Positions 1 through 8,333 of a DNA stretch of 64,000 bases are shown piece after piece. The position numbers and the translations under genes were made by a program. Within the stretch, counting starts at the first letter, position 1. Each line of letters begins with the position of its first letter. The DNA is from Pseudomonadota bacterium (GTDB lineage Bacteria > Pseudomonadota > Gammaproteobacteria > Xanthomonadales > Xanthomonadaceae). The notes beneath the pieces are model-generated. The model was not told the origin of the DNA. It ran no database searches and saw nothing but the letters and a program-made list of their open reading frames with translations. The DNA is taken from NCBI GenBank assembly GCA_018242405.1, contig JAFEBZ010000217.1, forward strand, positions 515 through 64,514. The letters are read 5' to 3'.

Positions 1-2
1 AT

Positions 3-188
3 GACCTGCAGACCGGCGACCTGATCTTCTTCGGGGCAGACGGCCAGATCAGCCACGTCGGCATCTATGTCGGCGAAGGCCGCTTCATCCACGCCCCCCG
101 CACCGGCAGCGTGGTCCGGCTGGAAAAGATCGATACACCCTATTGGCTGGCCCGCTATTCGGGTGCGCGCCGCGTCATCGATCCGTAA
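3..188 (+). CDS. NlpC/P60 (C40) cell-wall peptidase, 3' part (truncated by window start)
   Basis: Hand translation from nt 3: DLQTGDLIFFGADGQISHVGIYVGEGRFIHAPRTG...RRVIDP*, the NlpC/P60 C-terminal GDLxFF / HVGIY / HA motifs. Confidence 0.9.
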   Translation, partial: DLQTGDLIFFGADGQISHVGIYVGEGRFIHAPRTGSVVRLEKIDTPYWLARYSGARRVIDP

Positions 189-347
189 AGACCATGTGAA
201 GGTCGCGTGAGGGCAAAATGACGATGGATGCCAAATTTTGTGCATTCAGTTCCACTTTTTAACCCTTTTTTACGTTTTCTTAAACAAACTCTGTCGTCTG
301 GTCGGGCACACTCTCGGCTCGTTTAGTTGAATGAAGACCCCGTGACG

Positions 348-965
348 ATGACCGAGACGCGCTCCCAACGCCTCGGCCGCCTCAGGAAGCAGGCTGCCAT
401 TACATTGATGCTTGTTGTCGGAACCGCGTTCGCCGCGCCGGCATTTGCACACGAAACCGAGACCGGCGCCGACCGTCTCGATGCCATTGGTGGCAGCGTC
501 ATCGACCAGGTAGATGGCAATCCGCTCAACCAGACCCTGAGCCAGCTCGACCCCTCGGCCATGCCGGTGGGCAGCGCGATCAGCAGCGCCGACCAAGGGC
601 GCATCCAGAAGGTGCTGTCGCGCGCCATGGCCCTGCTGGGCATCCCCTATCGCTGGGGCGGCACCACCACCAACGGCTTCGACTGCAGCGGTCTGGTCGG
701 TTACGTCTTCCGCACCGCGCTCGGCATCAACCTGCCGCGCGTCTCCCGCGAAATCGCCCACCAGGGCACCAAGGTCCAGACCGCCGACCTCGCCGAAGGC
801 GATCTGGTGTTCTTCGGCCGTGGCCGCGGCATCGACCACGTCGGTATCTACATCGGCGAAGGCAAGTTCCTGCACGCCCCGCGCACCGGCCGCGACGTCA
901 CCGTCTCCAATCTGGACGGTTACTGGGCGCAACACCTGGTCACGGCTCGCCGCATTTCCGGCTGA
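348..965 (+). CDS. NlpC/P60 (C40) cell-wall peptidase with signal peptide
   Basis: PYRWGG..GFDCSGLV (catalytic Cys), GDLVFF, HVGIY, HAP; hydrophobic N-terminus ending AFA; start could be 327/342/348. Confidence 0.92.
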   Translation: MTETRSQRLGRLRKQAAITLMLVVGTAFAAPAFAHETETGADRLDAIGGSVIDQVDGNPLNQTLSQLDPSAMPVGSAISSADQGRIQKVLSRAMALLGIPYRWGGTTTNGFDCSGLVGYVFRTALGINLPRVSREIAHQGTKVQTADLAEGDLVFFGRGRGIDHVGIYIGEGKFLHAPRTGRDVTVSNLDGYWAQHLVTARRISG

Positions 966-980
966 ACCTTGCGACCATCG

Positions 981-1021
981 AACATCAGCGAAGCCGCCTA
1001 ACTGGCGGCTTCGGTGTTTTT
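981..1021 (+). terminator. Rho-independent terminator overlapping the end of the convergent thioesterase gene
   Basis: CGAAGCCGCC-taact-GGCGGCTTCG (989-1013) followed by GTGTTTTT. Confidence 0.7.
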
Positions 1022-1531
1022 GGCGTCCGTCTCCGCATCGCGATAACGGGCGATGGTGTGTTCGATGTCCTTGCTCAGGTCCATCACCTTGAGCGCGTAT
1101 TCGGCGAGGCGGCGATCTTCGTCGCTCTCCTGGGTCAGCTGCGACACCGGCATCGGGCGTCCGCCCTGCTGGTCGACGGCGACGAAGACGATCACGCAAT
1201 GGGTACAGAGGCGCTCCGTGCCGCCGCGCGGATCGCGGGCGCTGACATCCACTGCGACATGCATCGAAGTGCTGCCGGTGTAGACCAGCTTGGCGTTGAT
1301 GGTGACGAGATCGCTGATCCCGATCGGGGCGACGAAACGGATGCCGCCGACCGCGACCGTCACCGCATAGTGCCCGCACCAGCCGACCGCGACGGCGTAG
1401 CCGGCCTGGTCGATCCATTTCATGACGATGCCGCCGTGGACCTTGCCGCCGTAATTGACGTCGCCGGGTTCGGCGAGGAAGCGCATGGTCACTTCACGCG
1501 GATGTTCCGGTGCCGGCGTGTTTTCGGTCAT
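998..1531 (-). CDS. Acyl-CoA thioesterase (hotdog fold, YciA-like)
   Basis: DVNYGGKVHGGIVMKWIDQAG motif, VTV..IRFVAPI, GSTSM. Confidence 0.9.
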   Translation of the reverse strand: MTENTPAPEHPREVTMRFLAEPGDVNYGGKVHGGIVMKWIDQAGYAVAVGWCGHYAVTVAVGGIRFVAPIGISDLVTINAKLVYTGSTSMHVAVDVSARDPRGGTERLCTHCVIVFVAVDQQGGRPMPVSQLTQESDEDRRLAEYALKVMDLSKDIEHTIARYRDAETDAKNTEAAS

Positions 1532-1560
1532 GCTGTGCACACATCCCACGATTTCGATCC

Positions 1561-2049
1561 ATGCCTTATACACCCATCGTCGGCACGCTCGGCTACATCC
1601 TCTCGCCCGATCGTCGCCAGGTCTTGCTGGTCCATCGCAATGCGCGCCCCGGCGACGAACATCTCGGCAAGTACAACGGCCTCGGCGGCAAGCTCGAAGC
1701 CGACGAAGACGTGGTCGCGGGCATGCGTCGCGAGATCGAGGAGGAAGCCGGGCTCGCCTGCAACGAGTTGCAACTGCGCGGCACCATCAGTTGGCCGGGC
1801 TTCGGCAAGAATGGTGAAGACTGGCTGGGCTTCGTCTTCCTGATCACGAAATTCACCGGCAGCGCACCCGACCGCAACGTGGAAGGCACGCTGGAGTGGG
1901 TGGATGTCGAGCGGATCTACGACTTGCCGATGTGGGAAGGCGACCGCCACTTCCTGCCGCTGGTGTTCGACAGCGACCCGCGCGCTTTCCACGGCGTGAT
2001 GCCGTACAAGGATGGCAGGCCCGTCAGCTGGAGTTACAGCAGGATTTGA
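1561..2049 (+). CDS. NUDIX hydrolase (8-oxo-dGTP diphosphatase-like)
   Basis: Nudix box GGKLEADEDVVAGMRREIEEEAGL; MWEGD motif of MutT1/MTH1-like enzymes. Confidence 0.88.
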   Translation: MPYTPIVGTLGYILSPDRRQVLLVHRNARPGDEHLGKYNGLGGKLEADEDVVAGMRREIEEEAGLACNELQLRGTISWPGFGKNGEDWLGFVFLITKFTGSAPDRNVEGTLEWVDVERIYDLPMWEGDRHFLPLVFDSDPRAFHGVMPYKDGRPVSWSYSRI

Positions 2050-2060
2050 GCCACGCGGAC

Positions 2061-2462
2061 TCAGGCGGCGCCGCGCGCTTCCGGCTGGTCGAGCACTTCC
2101 AGCACGCGCAAGCGGGTGTTCTTGCCGCCCGGCAGGTGCCAATCGATGGACTGGCCGACCTTGAGCCCGAGCAATGCACTGCCAACCGGCGCGAAGATCG
2201 ACACCGTACCGGGCTGGCCCGCGCCTTCCGGATAGACCAGGGTCAACGTGTAATTGGCGCCGGCGTCATCGGCAAAGCGCGCCGTGGTGTTCATCGTCAC
2301 GATGTCCGGCGGCACTTCGCCCGGCTCCACCACCGATGCCCGGTCGATTTCCGCACGCAACGCCTCGGCGCCCGGGAGATTGCGCGCAGCGGACGATTCC
2401 AGCAGCGCATCCAGGCGATCCCAGTCGGGACGTGACATGACAATGGACGGAACCTCGGGCAT
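2061..2462 (-). CDS. rnk: Nucleoside diphosphate kinase regulator (GreA/GreB C-terminal family)
   Basis: D..RL..LL N-terminus, VPPDIVTMNT, LTLVYP, VSIFAPVGSALLGLKVGQSIDW, QPEA end. Confidence 0.88.
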   Translation of the reverse strand: MPEVPSIVMSRPDWDRLDALLESSAARNLPGAEALRAEIDRASVVEPGEVPPDIVTMNTTARFADDAGANYTLTLVYPEGAGQPGTVSIFAPVGSALLGLKVGQSIDWHLPGGKNTRLRVLEVLDQPEARGAA

Positions 2463-2480
2463 TACTGAACTCCTGTTCTT

Positions 2481-2747
2481 TCAACGTAGTTGCGAATCTT
2501 TGCTGCCACGTCGATTGTAGCCGCTGAACCGCTCATCTTCCTCGTCGCGCGCCTGCTGGCAGGACACGCACAGGCGCACGCCGGGCAAGGCCTTGCGACG
2601 CGCTTCGGGAATCGGCGCAGCGCATTCCTCGCAATGTTCCAGGCTCGGACCCTGCGGCAACTGGCTGCGGGCGCGCTTGATCGCATCCTTCACCGTGGCG
2701 TCGATCTGGTCCTGCACCGCGCCATCGCCAGCCCAACCGATGGCCAT
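2481..2747 (-). CDS. DksA/TraR family C4 zinc-finger protein (YbiI-like)
   Basis: MAIGWAGDGAVQDQID N-terminus; CEEC..IPEARRKALPGVRLCVSCQ; NRRGSKDSQLR C-terminus. Confidence 0.9.
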   Translation of the reverse strand: MAIGWAGDGAVQDQIDATVKDAIKRARSQLPQGPSLEHCEECAAPIPEARRKALPGVRLCVSCQQARDEEDERFSGYNRRGSKDSQLR

Positions 2748-2748
2748 G

Positions 2749-3219
2749 TCAGTGGTCGCCGCCTTGATCGCGGAAGCTGTCAACGTCGCCGGGACGACGC
2801 AGCATCTTGTTGACCTCGTCGAGGTGCATTTCCTCGGCGACGATCATGTCGCGCGCGTATTCCTCCAGCAGCACCGACTTGCCTTCGCTCAGGCGCAGCA
2901 GCTCGTAATAGATCTCGAGCGAGGCTTTCTCGTGCGCCAGGCTCTCGCGCAGGATGTCGCCGATGTCGTGCTGGTGGGTTTCCAGCAATGGCCCGATCCG
3001 CAATGAAGGATGGCCGCCGAGCAGCGTCACCAGTTCGCCGGCCTTGCTCGCATGCGCCAGCGATTCGTCGGCGTTCGACTTCATCCACGACACGATCGGG
3101 ATGCGTCCGTAACCGTAGACCATCAACCCGTAATGGGTATAGCGCACGACGCCGGCCAGCTCCATCTCCATGATGCGATTGAGCGTATCGATGGCCTTCT
3201 GCTTGAGATCATCCTGCAT
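2749..3219 (-). CDS. Bacterioferritin-like / ferritin-like protein
   Basis: LNRIMEMELAGVVRY, ESLAH, LAHE, EEMH four-helix-bundle ligand pattern; AGGAGG SD upstream. Confidence 0.8.
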   Translation of the reverse strand: MQDDLKQKAIDTLNRIMEMELAGVVRYTHYGLMVYGYGRIPIVSWMKSNADESLAHASKAGELVTLLGGHPSLRIGPLLETHQHDIGDILRESLAHEKASLEIYYELLRLSEGKSVLLEEYARDMIVAEEMHLDEVNKMLRRPGDVDSFRDQGGDH

Positions 3220-3249
3220 GGCAGATTCCTCCTGTATGGATAGATGGGG

Positions 3250-4563
3250 TCAGGCCGCGTCGCCTTCAATGATGCCGACGTTGCTGTCCGCGGCATCGTA
3301 GACCTGCTGGTCGAGCAGTCCGGTTTCTTTCGCCACCAGCACCGGTATCAGCATCTGTCCCGTCACGTTGGTCATCGTGCGCATCATGTCGAGCACGCGG
3401 TCGATCGCGTAGAGATAACCGATCACCTGCAGCGGCAAGCCTGCGGCAGACAGCACCACCGTCGCCATGATCACCGCGGTTCCCGGCACGCCGGCGGTGC
3501 CGAAACTGCCGAGCACCGAGGCGATCGCGATCATCACGTACTGCGTCGAGGTGAGATGGAAACCGGTGTATTGGGCGATGAAGACCGCCGCCAGCGCCGG
3601 ATAGATCGCGCCGCAGCCGTCCATCTTGATGGTCGCGCCAAGTGGCACCGCGAAGCTGGCGTAGTCCTTGTTAACGCCAAGGTTGTGCTGGACCGAACGC
3701 AACGACACCGGCATCGCCGCGAAACTGGACGACGCGACGAAACCGACCTGCATGCCCGGGAACGCTCCGCGGAAGAACTTCCACGGATTGAGGCGATGGA
3801 TCAGCAACAGCGCGGTGTAGACCACGATGATGTGGAAGGCGCAGGCGGCGTACAGCGCGATCACGAACTGGAACAGCGGCTTCAACTGGGCGAAACCGTA
3901 ACCACCGACCAACGCGGCGATCAGACCGAAGGTGCCGATCGGGGTGAATTCGAGCACGAAGCGCGTCACCTGGATCATGGCGTCGCTGGCTTCGCCCACC
4001 AGCGCGCGCAGGCGTTGGGTGCGATCGCCGAGCTTGACCAGCGCGAAACCGACCAGTCCAGCGAAGAAGATCACCTGCAGCACCGTGCCGTTGCGCGGAA
4101 CCATCACGCTCATGCCATCACCGGTCTTGCCGGTGGCCGCGCCGGCCAGCGCCGCGAACGGATTGGACGGCACGATGTTGAGCAGCATGTCGAGCACGCT
4201 GGGGATCTCTTTTTCCTTGTAATCGCTCGCAATCTGCAACACGCCGACGCCGACGCCCGGCTTGAACACATAGCCGGCGGCCAGCCCGACGCCGACCGCG
4301 AGCACCGCGGTGATGGCGAACCACAGGAAGGTGCGGCCGGCGAGCGCGGCGATCGATTTCTGCCCGGCCAGCGACGCGACCGCGTTGATCACCGCGAAGA
4401 ACACCAATGGCACCGCAATCATCTTGATCAGGGTGACGTAGAGATCGCCGAGCGGGCCGAACCATGCCTCGGCTTCCTTGCCAAAGGCCCAGCCCGCCAG
4501 CGCGCCCAGCACGAAACCGAGCACCACGCGTTTCCAGAATTTGATGCGGAACCACCAGGCCAT
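3250..4563 (-). CDS. Dicarboxylate/amino acid:cation symporter (DAACS)
   Basis: [52 protein letters not shown]. Confidence 0.92.
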   Translation of the reverse strand: MAWWFRIKFWKRVVLGFVLGALAGWAFGKEAEAWFGPLGDLYVTLIKMIAVPLVFFAVINAVASLAGQKSIAALAGRTFLWFAITAVLAVGVGLAAGYVFKPGVGVGVLQIASDYKEKEIPSVLDMLLNIVPSNPFAALAGAATGKTGDGMSVMVPRNGTVLQVIFFAGLVGFALVKLGDRTQRLRALVGEASDAMIQVTRFVLEFTPIGTFGLIAALVGGYGFAQLKPLFQFVIALYAACAFHIIVVYTALLLIHRLNPWKFFRGAFPGMQVGFVASSSFAAMPVSLRSVQHNLGVNKDYASFAVPLGATIKMDGCGAIYPALAAVFIAQYTGFHLTSTQYVMIAIASVLGSFGTAGVPGTAVIMATVVLSAAGLPLQVIGYLYAIDRVLDMMRTMTNVTGQMLIPVLVAKETGLLDQQVYDAADSNVGIIEGDAA

Positions 4564-4730
4564 CGACACATTCCAACAGATCGAATTGCACACGATACCG
4601 CAGCCAGCCATCTGTTCCTTATTGCAATCCCGCTGACATTCATTCCCTGCAGATTCGCGCCCGCGCGGGCCCGCGTTGACAGCCGATGCGAGCCGCATTC
4701 ACGCTGTGCTAGCAAATCCCGGGGCATTCT

Positions 4731-4747
4731 TTGCCGCACCGCACAAT
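4731..4747. promoter_or_regulatory. Putative operator shared with the phaZ promoter (PhaR-like TGC motif)
   Basis: TTGCCGCACCGCACAAT; its reverse complement matches 8307-8323 at 15/17 positions. Confidence 0.5.
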
Positions 4748-4758
4748 CTGGAGTACAC

Positions 4759-5547
4759 ATGAAAGCGACACTGGATGGAAAGGTCTGCGTCGTCACCGGC
4801 GCCGCCAGCGGCATTGGCAAGCGCATCGCCGAGGTTTACGCGCAGGCCGGCGGCCGTGTCGCGATCGCCGATCTCAACCTCGACGCCGCCGAGGCGACCG
4901 CCAAGGAGTTGCGCGATGCCGGTGGCCAGGCCATGGCGGTGGCGATGGATGTCACCGACGAACAGCAGGTGGTCGACGGCATCGCCAAGGTGGTCGCCCA
5001 GTTCGGCCAGGTCGACGTCCTGGTCTCCAACGCCGGCATCCAGATCATCAACAAGATCACCGACTTCACCCTGCCCGACTGGAGGAAGATGCTCGCCATC
5101 CATTGCGACGGCGCCTTCCTGACCACCCGCGAATGCATGCGTGACATGGAGAAGCGCAAGGCCCCGGGCGCGATCATCTACATGGGCTCGGTGCACTCGC
5201 ACGAGGCGTCCCCGCTCAAGTCCGCCTACGTCACCGCCAAGCACGGGCTGTTGGGCCTGGCGCGCACGGTGGCGAAGGAAGGCGGCTCGCTCGGCATCCG
5301 CGCGAATGTCATTTGCCCCGGATTCGTGCGCACGCCTCTGGTGGAAAAGCAGATCCCGGAACAGGCCAAGGTGTTCGGCATCAGCGAGGAGGACGTGGTC
5401 AAGAAGGTGATGCTGAAGGACACCGTCGATGGCGAATTCACTACCGTCGATGACGTTGCCAACGTCGCGCTGTTCCTGGCCGCGTTCGAGACCAATGCGC
5501 TGACCGGGCAGTCGATCGTGGTCAGCCACGGTTGGTACATGCAGTAA
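4759..5547 (+). CDS. bdhA: 3-hydroxybutyrate dehydrogenase (SDR)
   Basis: [52 protein letters not shown]; GGAG SD. Confidence 0.92.
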   Translation: MKATLDGKVCVVTGAASGIGKRIAEVYAQAGGRVAIADLNLDAAEATAKELRDAGGQAMAVAMDVTDEQQVVDGIAKVVAQFGQVDVLVSNAGIQIINKITDFTLPDWRKMLAIHCDGAFLTTRECMRDMEKRKAPGAIIYMGSVHSHEASPLKSAYVTAKHGLLGLARTVAKEGGSLGIRANVICPGFVRTPLVEKQIPEQAKVFGISEEDVVKKVMLKDTVDGEFTTVDDVANVALFLAAFETNALTGQSIVVSHGWYMQ

Positions 5548-5553
5548 CAACAC

Positions 5554-6741
5554 GTGGCGAAGACGCCCCCCGTCAATGATGAAGCGTTGCGGCGGCGTGT
5601 CGCGCGCTATCCCACTGTCGCATTGGTGTTGCAAGGCGGTGGCGCGCTCGGCGCCTACCAGTGCGGCGTCTACCAGGCGCTGCACCAAGCCGGCATCGAA
5701 CCCAACTGGATCGCCGGCATTTCGATCGGCGCGATCAATGCTGCATTGATCGCCGGCAATCCGCCCGAGCACCGTCTTGATTCGCTGCAGGGATTCTGGG
5801 ACGACATCTGCCAGCCCGCAGGCAATGCCGCGTTGCCGGCATTGTGGGTGCGCAACCTGCTAGCGGCGGCCCCGGCCACACCGGGACTGGAAGCCTGGGC
5901 GGCATCGGCCAGCGCGTTCGCGGCGCTGTGGCAGGGGCAGCAGGGCTTTTTCACGCCGCGCATCGTTCCGCCGTTCGCGCTGTCGGATGGCAGTCCGCAG
6001 GCGACCAGCTTCTACGACACTTCGGCGCTACGCACATCGCTGGAACGGCGCGTCGATTTCGATCGCATCAACTACGGGAAGGACGGAATGCGCCTCACCA
6101 TCGGCGCGACCGACGTCGAATCGGGCAATTTCCGTTATTTCGACAGTTTGCACAGCCGCATCGCACCGGAACACATCATGGCCTCGGGCGCGCTGCCACC
6201 AGCGTTCCCAGCGGTGCGCATCGATGGCCGCGACTACTGGGACGGCGGACTGGTGTCAAACACGCCGCTGGAACACGTGCTGGACGAATGGCCACGCGAG
6301 GACACCCTCGCTTTCCAGGTCGATCTCTGGAGCGCGCGCGGCGAACGTCCGAAGACCCTGATGGACGTGCTGGAACGCGCCAAGGACATCCAGTATTCCA
6401 GCCGCACCCGCCACGGCACCGACATGATGGCGCGCATGCAGGAATTGCGCACGGCGTTGACCAAGCTGATCGACCGCCTGCCGGATCGCAAGGTGCCGGA
6501 CGACCTGGAGGATGTATTCGCGCCATGGCTGGACGATCGCGTCTTCAACATCGTCCACCTGATCTACCAGGCGAATCCCTGCGAGGAGCAGTTCAAGGAT
6601 TACGCCTTCGGCACGCGGATGATGCGCGAGCATTGGGATGCCGGCCTCGCCGATACGTTGTGCACGTTGCAGCATCCGGAATTCTTCGACCTGCCCGATC
6701 GCCGCAAGGGTTTCGCCGTGCACGACGTGCATCGGCGCTAA
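5554..6741 (+). CDS. Patatin-like phospholipase/esterase
   Basis: LQGGGALGAYQ, GISIG (GxSxG), DGG; GTG start 6 nt after bdhA. Confidence 0.9.
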   Translation: MAKTPPVNDEALRRRVARYPTVALVLQGGGALGAYQCGVYQALHQAGIEPNWIAGISIGAINAALIAGNPPEHRLDSLQGFWDDICQPAGNAALPALWVRNLLAAAPATPGLEAWAASASAFAALWQGQQGFFTPRIVPPFALSDGSPQATSFYDTSALRTSLERRVDFDRINYGKDGMRLTIGATDVESGNFRYFDSLHSRIAPEHIMASGALPPAFPAVRIDGRDYWDGGLVSNTPLEHVLDEWPREDTLAFQVDLWSARGERPKTLMDVLERAKDIQYSSRTRHGTDMMARMQELRTALTKLIDRLPDRKVPDDLEDVFAPWLDDRVFNIVHLIYQANPCEEQFKDYAFGTRMMREHWDAGLADTLCTLQHPEFFDLPDRRKGFAVHDVHRR

Positions 6742-6763
6742 CTCACACTCTGCTGAGAGAAAA

Positions 6764-7106
6764 GCATCGCCCGGCTGTGCGCCTTGCGTCGGTTGTCCAC
6801 ATAGCCGACACGCCGTGAATACGTCCATGTAGGCTCGTACGCAGCATCCATGCTGCGTACGGTCGGCTATATGGACGAACCGCGCCGGCGCCGCCGGTGG
6901 ATGTTTTCGGGGAGGAGTGAGGAAGAGCAACAGCCACGCGAGCTGTTGCTTTTCAATCTCCACACAGCAACAACACGCGCGCGGAAGTGGGTGTACCAGT
7001 CCGGTGCGCGGGCATTGCGCGCCATGGATGGCGCGCATGAGCCTCCATGGATGGATTCACGGCGTCCCGCGCAACGGAGCTGGTCACCCACGCACCAGCG
7101 CGAGCG
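6764..7106. repeat. Intergenic multi-hairpin repeat, copy 1 (REPIN/MITE-like)
   Basis: Aligns end to end with 61415-61749; two inverted copies of the core ACGCCGTGAAT..TCCATG.AGGCTC plus palindromes; lies between convergent stop codons. Confidence 0.9.
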
Positions 7107-7565
7107 TTAAAACGGCCTTGCCAGCACCAGCCACACGATCACGACCAGCAGCAGCACCGGCAATTCGTTGAAGATCCGCAGCGTCTTCGCCGATGGCAGT
7201 GCGCGCCCCTTGTCGAGGCCCTTCAACCAGCGCCCGCTGACGCTGAAATAGGCCAGCATCAACGCGACCAGGGTCAATTTGGCGTCGATCCAGTGCATGC
7301 CGGCGACCATGTTCGGCAGCTTCGACGGCCATACCCGCCAGCCCTGCCACAGGGTCAGGCCGAAAATGAAGGCCAGGCCGAACATGTTGTGACCGAACCG
7401 GTAGAGGCGCCGCCCCATCAGCACCAATCGCGCGCGCACCGATGCGTCGTCGCCGGCCTCGGCGATATTGACGAGGATGCGCGGCAGGTAGAACACGCAG
7501 GCCATCCACGCGATCACGAAAACGACATGGAACGTCTTGATCCACAGGTAGAACGCAGGGCTCAT
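7107..7565 (-). CDS. CopD/HemJ (UPF0093) family membrane protein
   Basis: YLWIKTFHVVFVIAWMA..FYLPRI, KLTLV, RIFNELP, LVLARPF. Confidence 0.85.
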   Translation of the reverse strand: MSPAFYLWIKTFHVVFVIAWMACVFYLPRILVNIAEAGDDASVRARLVLMGRRLYRFGHNMFGLAFIFGLTLWQGWRVWPSKLPNMVAGMHWIDAKLTLVALMLAYFSVSGRWLKGLDKGRALPSAKTLRIFNELPVLLLVVIVWLVLARPF

Positions 7566-7625
7566 CGTGTCTTCCTCGGCGGCGAACCGTTAGCATGACA
7601 CGGAGACGAACCTCCGGCATCGCGC

Positions 7626-8243
7626 ATGACAAAACCTGCTCCTATCAAGCAATACGACCGCAATTATTTCGATCGCTGGTATCGCGACGGCAGCATCGGT
7701 GGCGCGCAACGCCTGAAGCGCAAGGTCGCAGTGGCGGTGGCGCTGGCGGAATCGATCCTCGAACGCCCGATCCGCACCGTGCTCGACGTCGGCTGCGGCG
7801 AAGGCGCCTGGCGCGCACCCTTGCTGGCGCTGCGCCCGAAGGCGAGCTATCTCGGTTTCGACAGCAGCGAATACGCGGTGCGACGATTCGGCCGCAGCCG
7901 CAACGTCCACTACGCGACCTTCGCCGACTTCGCCACGCTGCGCCCTTGCGGGCCCGCCGACCTGCTGGTCTGCAGCGACGTGATGCACTACGTACCGACG
8001 CGCGAACTCGCAGCCGGTTTGCCCGGCCTCGCCGAACTCTGCGGCGGCGTCGCCTTCTTCGAAACCTTCTGCCGCGAGGACGAGATCGAAGGCGACCATG
8101 ACGGCTATATCTCCCGCCCGGCCGCGTTCTATCGCAAGCGACTCGCCGGCCTCGGTTTCACCGCATTGGGCGGCCATTGCTGGCTGTCGCCGCGTCTCGA
8201 TGCCTTTGGCCTGACCGCGCTGGAACGTCCGATCGCAGGTTGA
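7626..8243 (+). CDS. Class I SAM-dependent methyltransferase
   Basis: VLDVGCGEG motif I, ADLLVCSDVMHY. Confidence 0.85.
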   Translation: MTKPAPIKQYDRNYFDRWYRDGSIGGAQRLKRKVAVAVALAESILERPIRTVLDVGCGEGAWRAPLLALRPKASYLGFDSSEYAVRRFGRSRNVHYATFADFATLRPCGPADLLVCSDVMHYVPTRELAAGLPGLAELCGGVAFFETFCREDEIEGDHDGYISRPAAFYRKRLAGLGFTALGGHCWLSPRLDAFGLTALERPIAG

Positions 8244-8306
8244 GCATCAATCAGGTTGAGCGTCAATCCTGAATGGGCAGGAATGCCGTCCGATGTCCGA
8301 TGGCGT

Positions 8307-8323
8307 ATGCTGCGGTGCGGCAA
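8307..8323. promoter_or_regulatory. Putative operator upstream of phaZ (PhaR-like TGC motif), overlapping a -10-like TATGCT
   Basis: ATGCTGCGGTGCGGCAA, near-identical to the reverse complement of 4731-4747. Confidence 0.5.
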
Positions 8324-8333
8324 CGGAGATCCC

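Noticed and set aside
3244-4758. Apparent 767-aa fusion ORF ending in bdhA (likewise the N-terminal extensions of folC, zur, hutF and the 30107 ORF)
   Set aside because: The extensions overlap real genes on the other strand or frame; SD or -10 signals mark the internal starts.
6764-7106. Repeat as a CRISPR array, tRNA or integron attC site
   Set aside because: No repeat-spacer periodicity, no cloverleaf or T-loop, no RYYYAAC/GTTRRRY ends, and no cas or intI gene in the window.
6743-7171. Short ORFs across the repeat (also 61274-61966), with similar translations in both copies
   Set aside because: The similarity comes from the DNA repeat; indels between copies break the frames, and substitutions follow base pairing rather than codon position.
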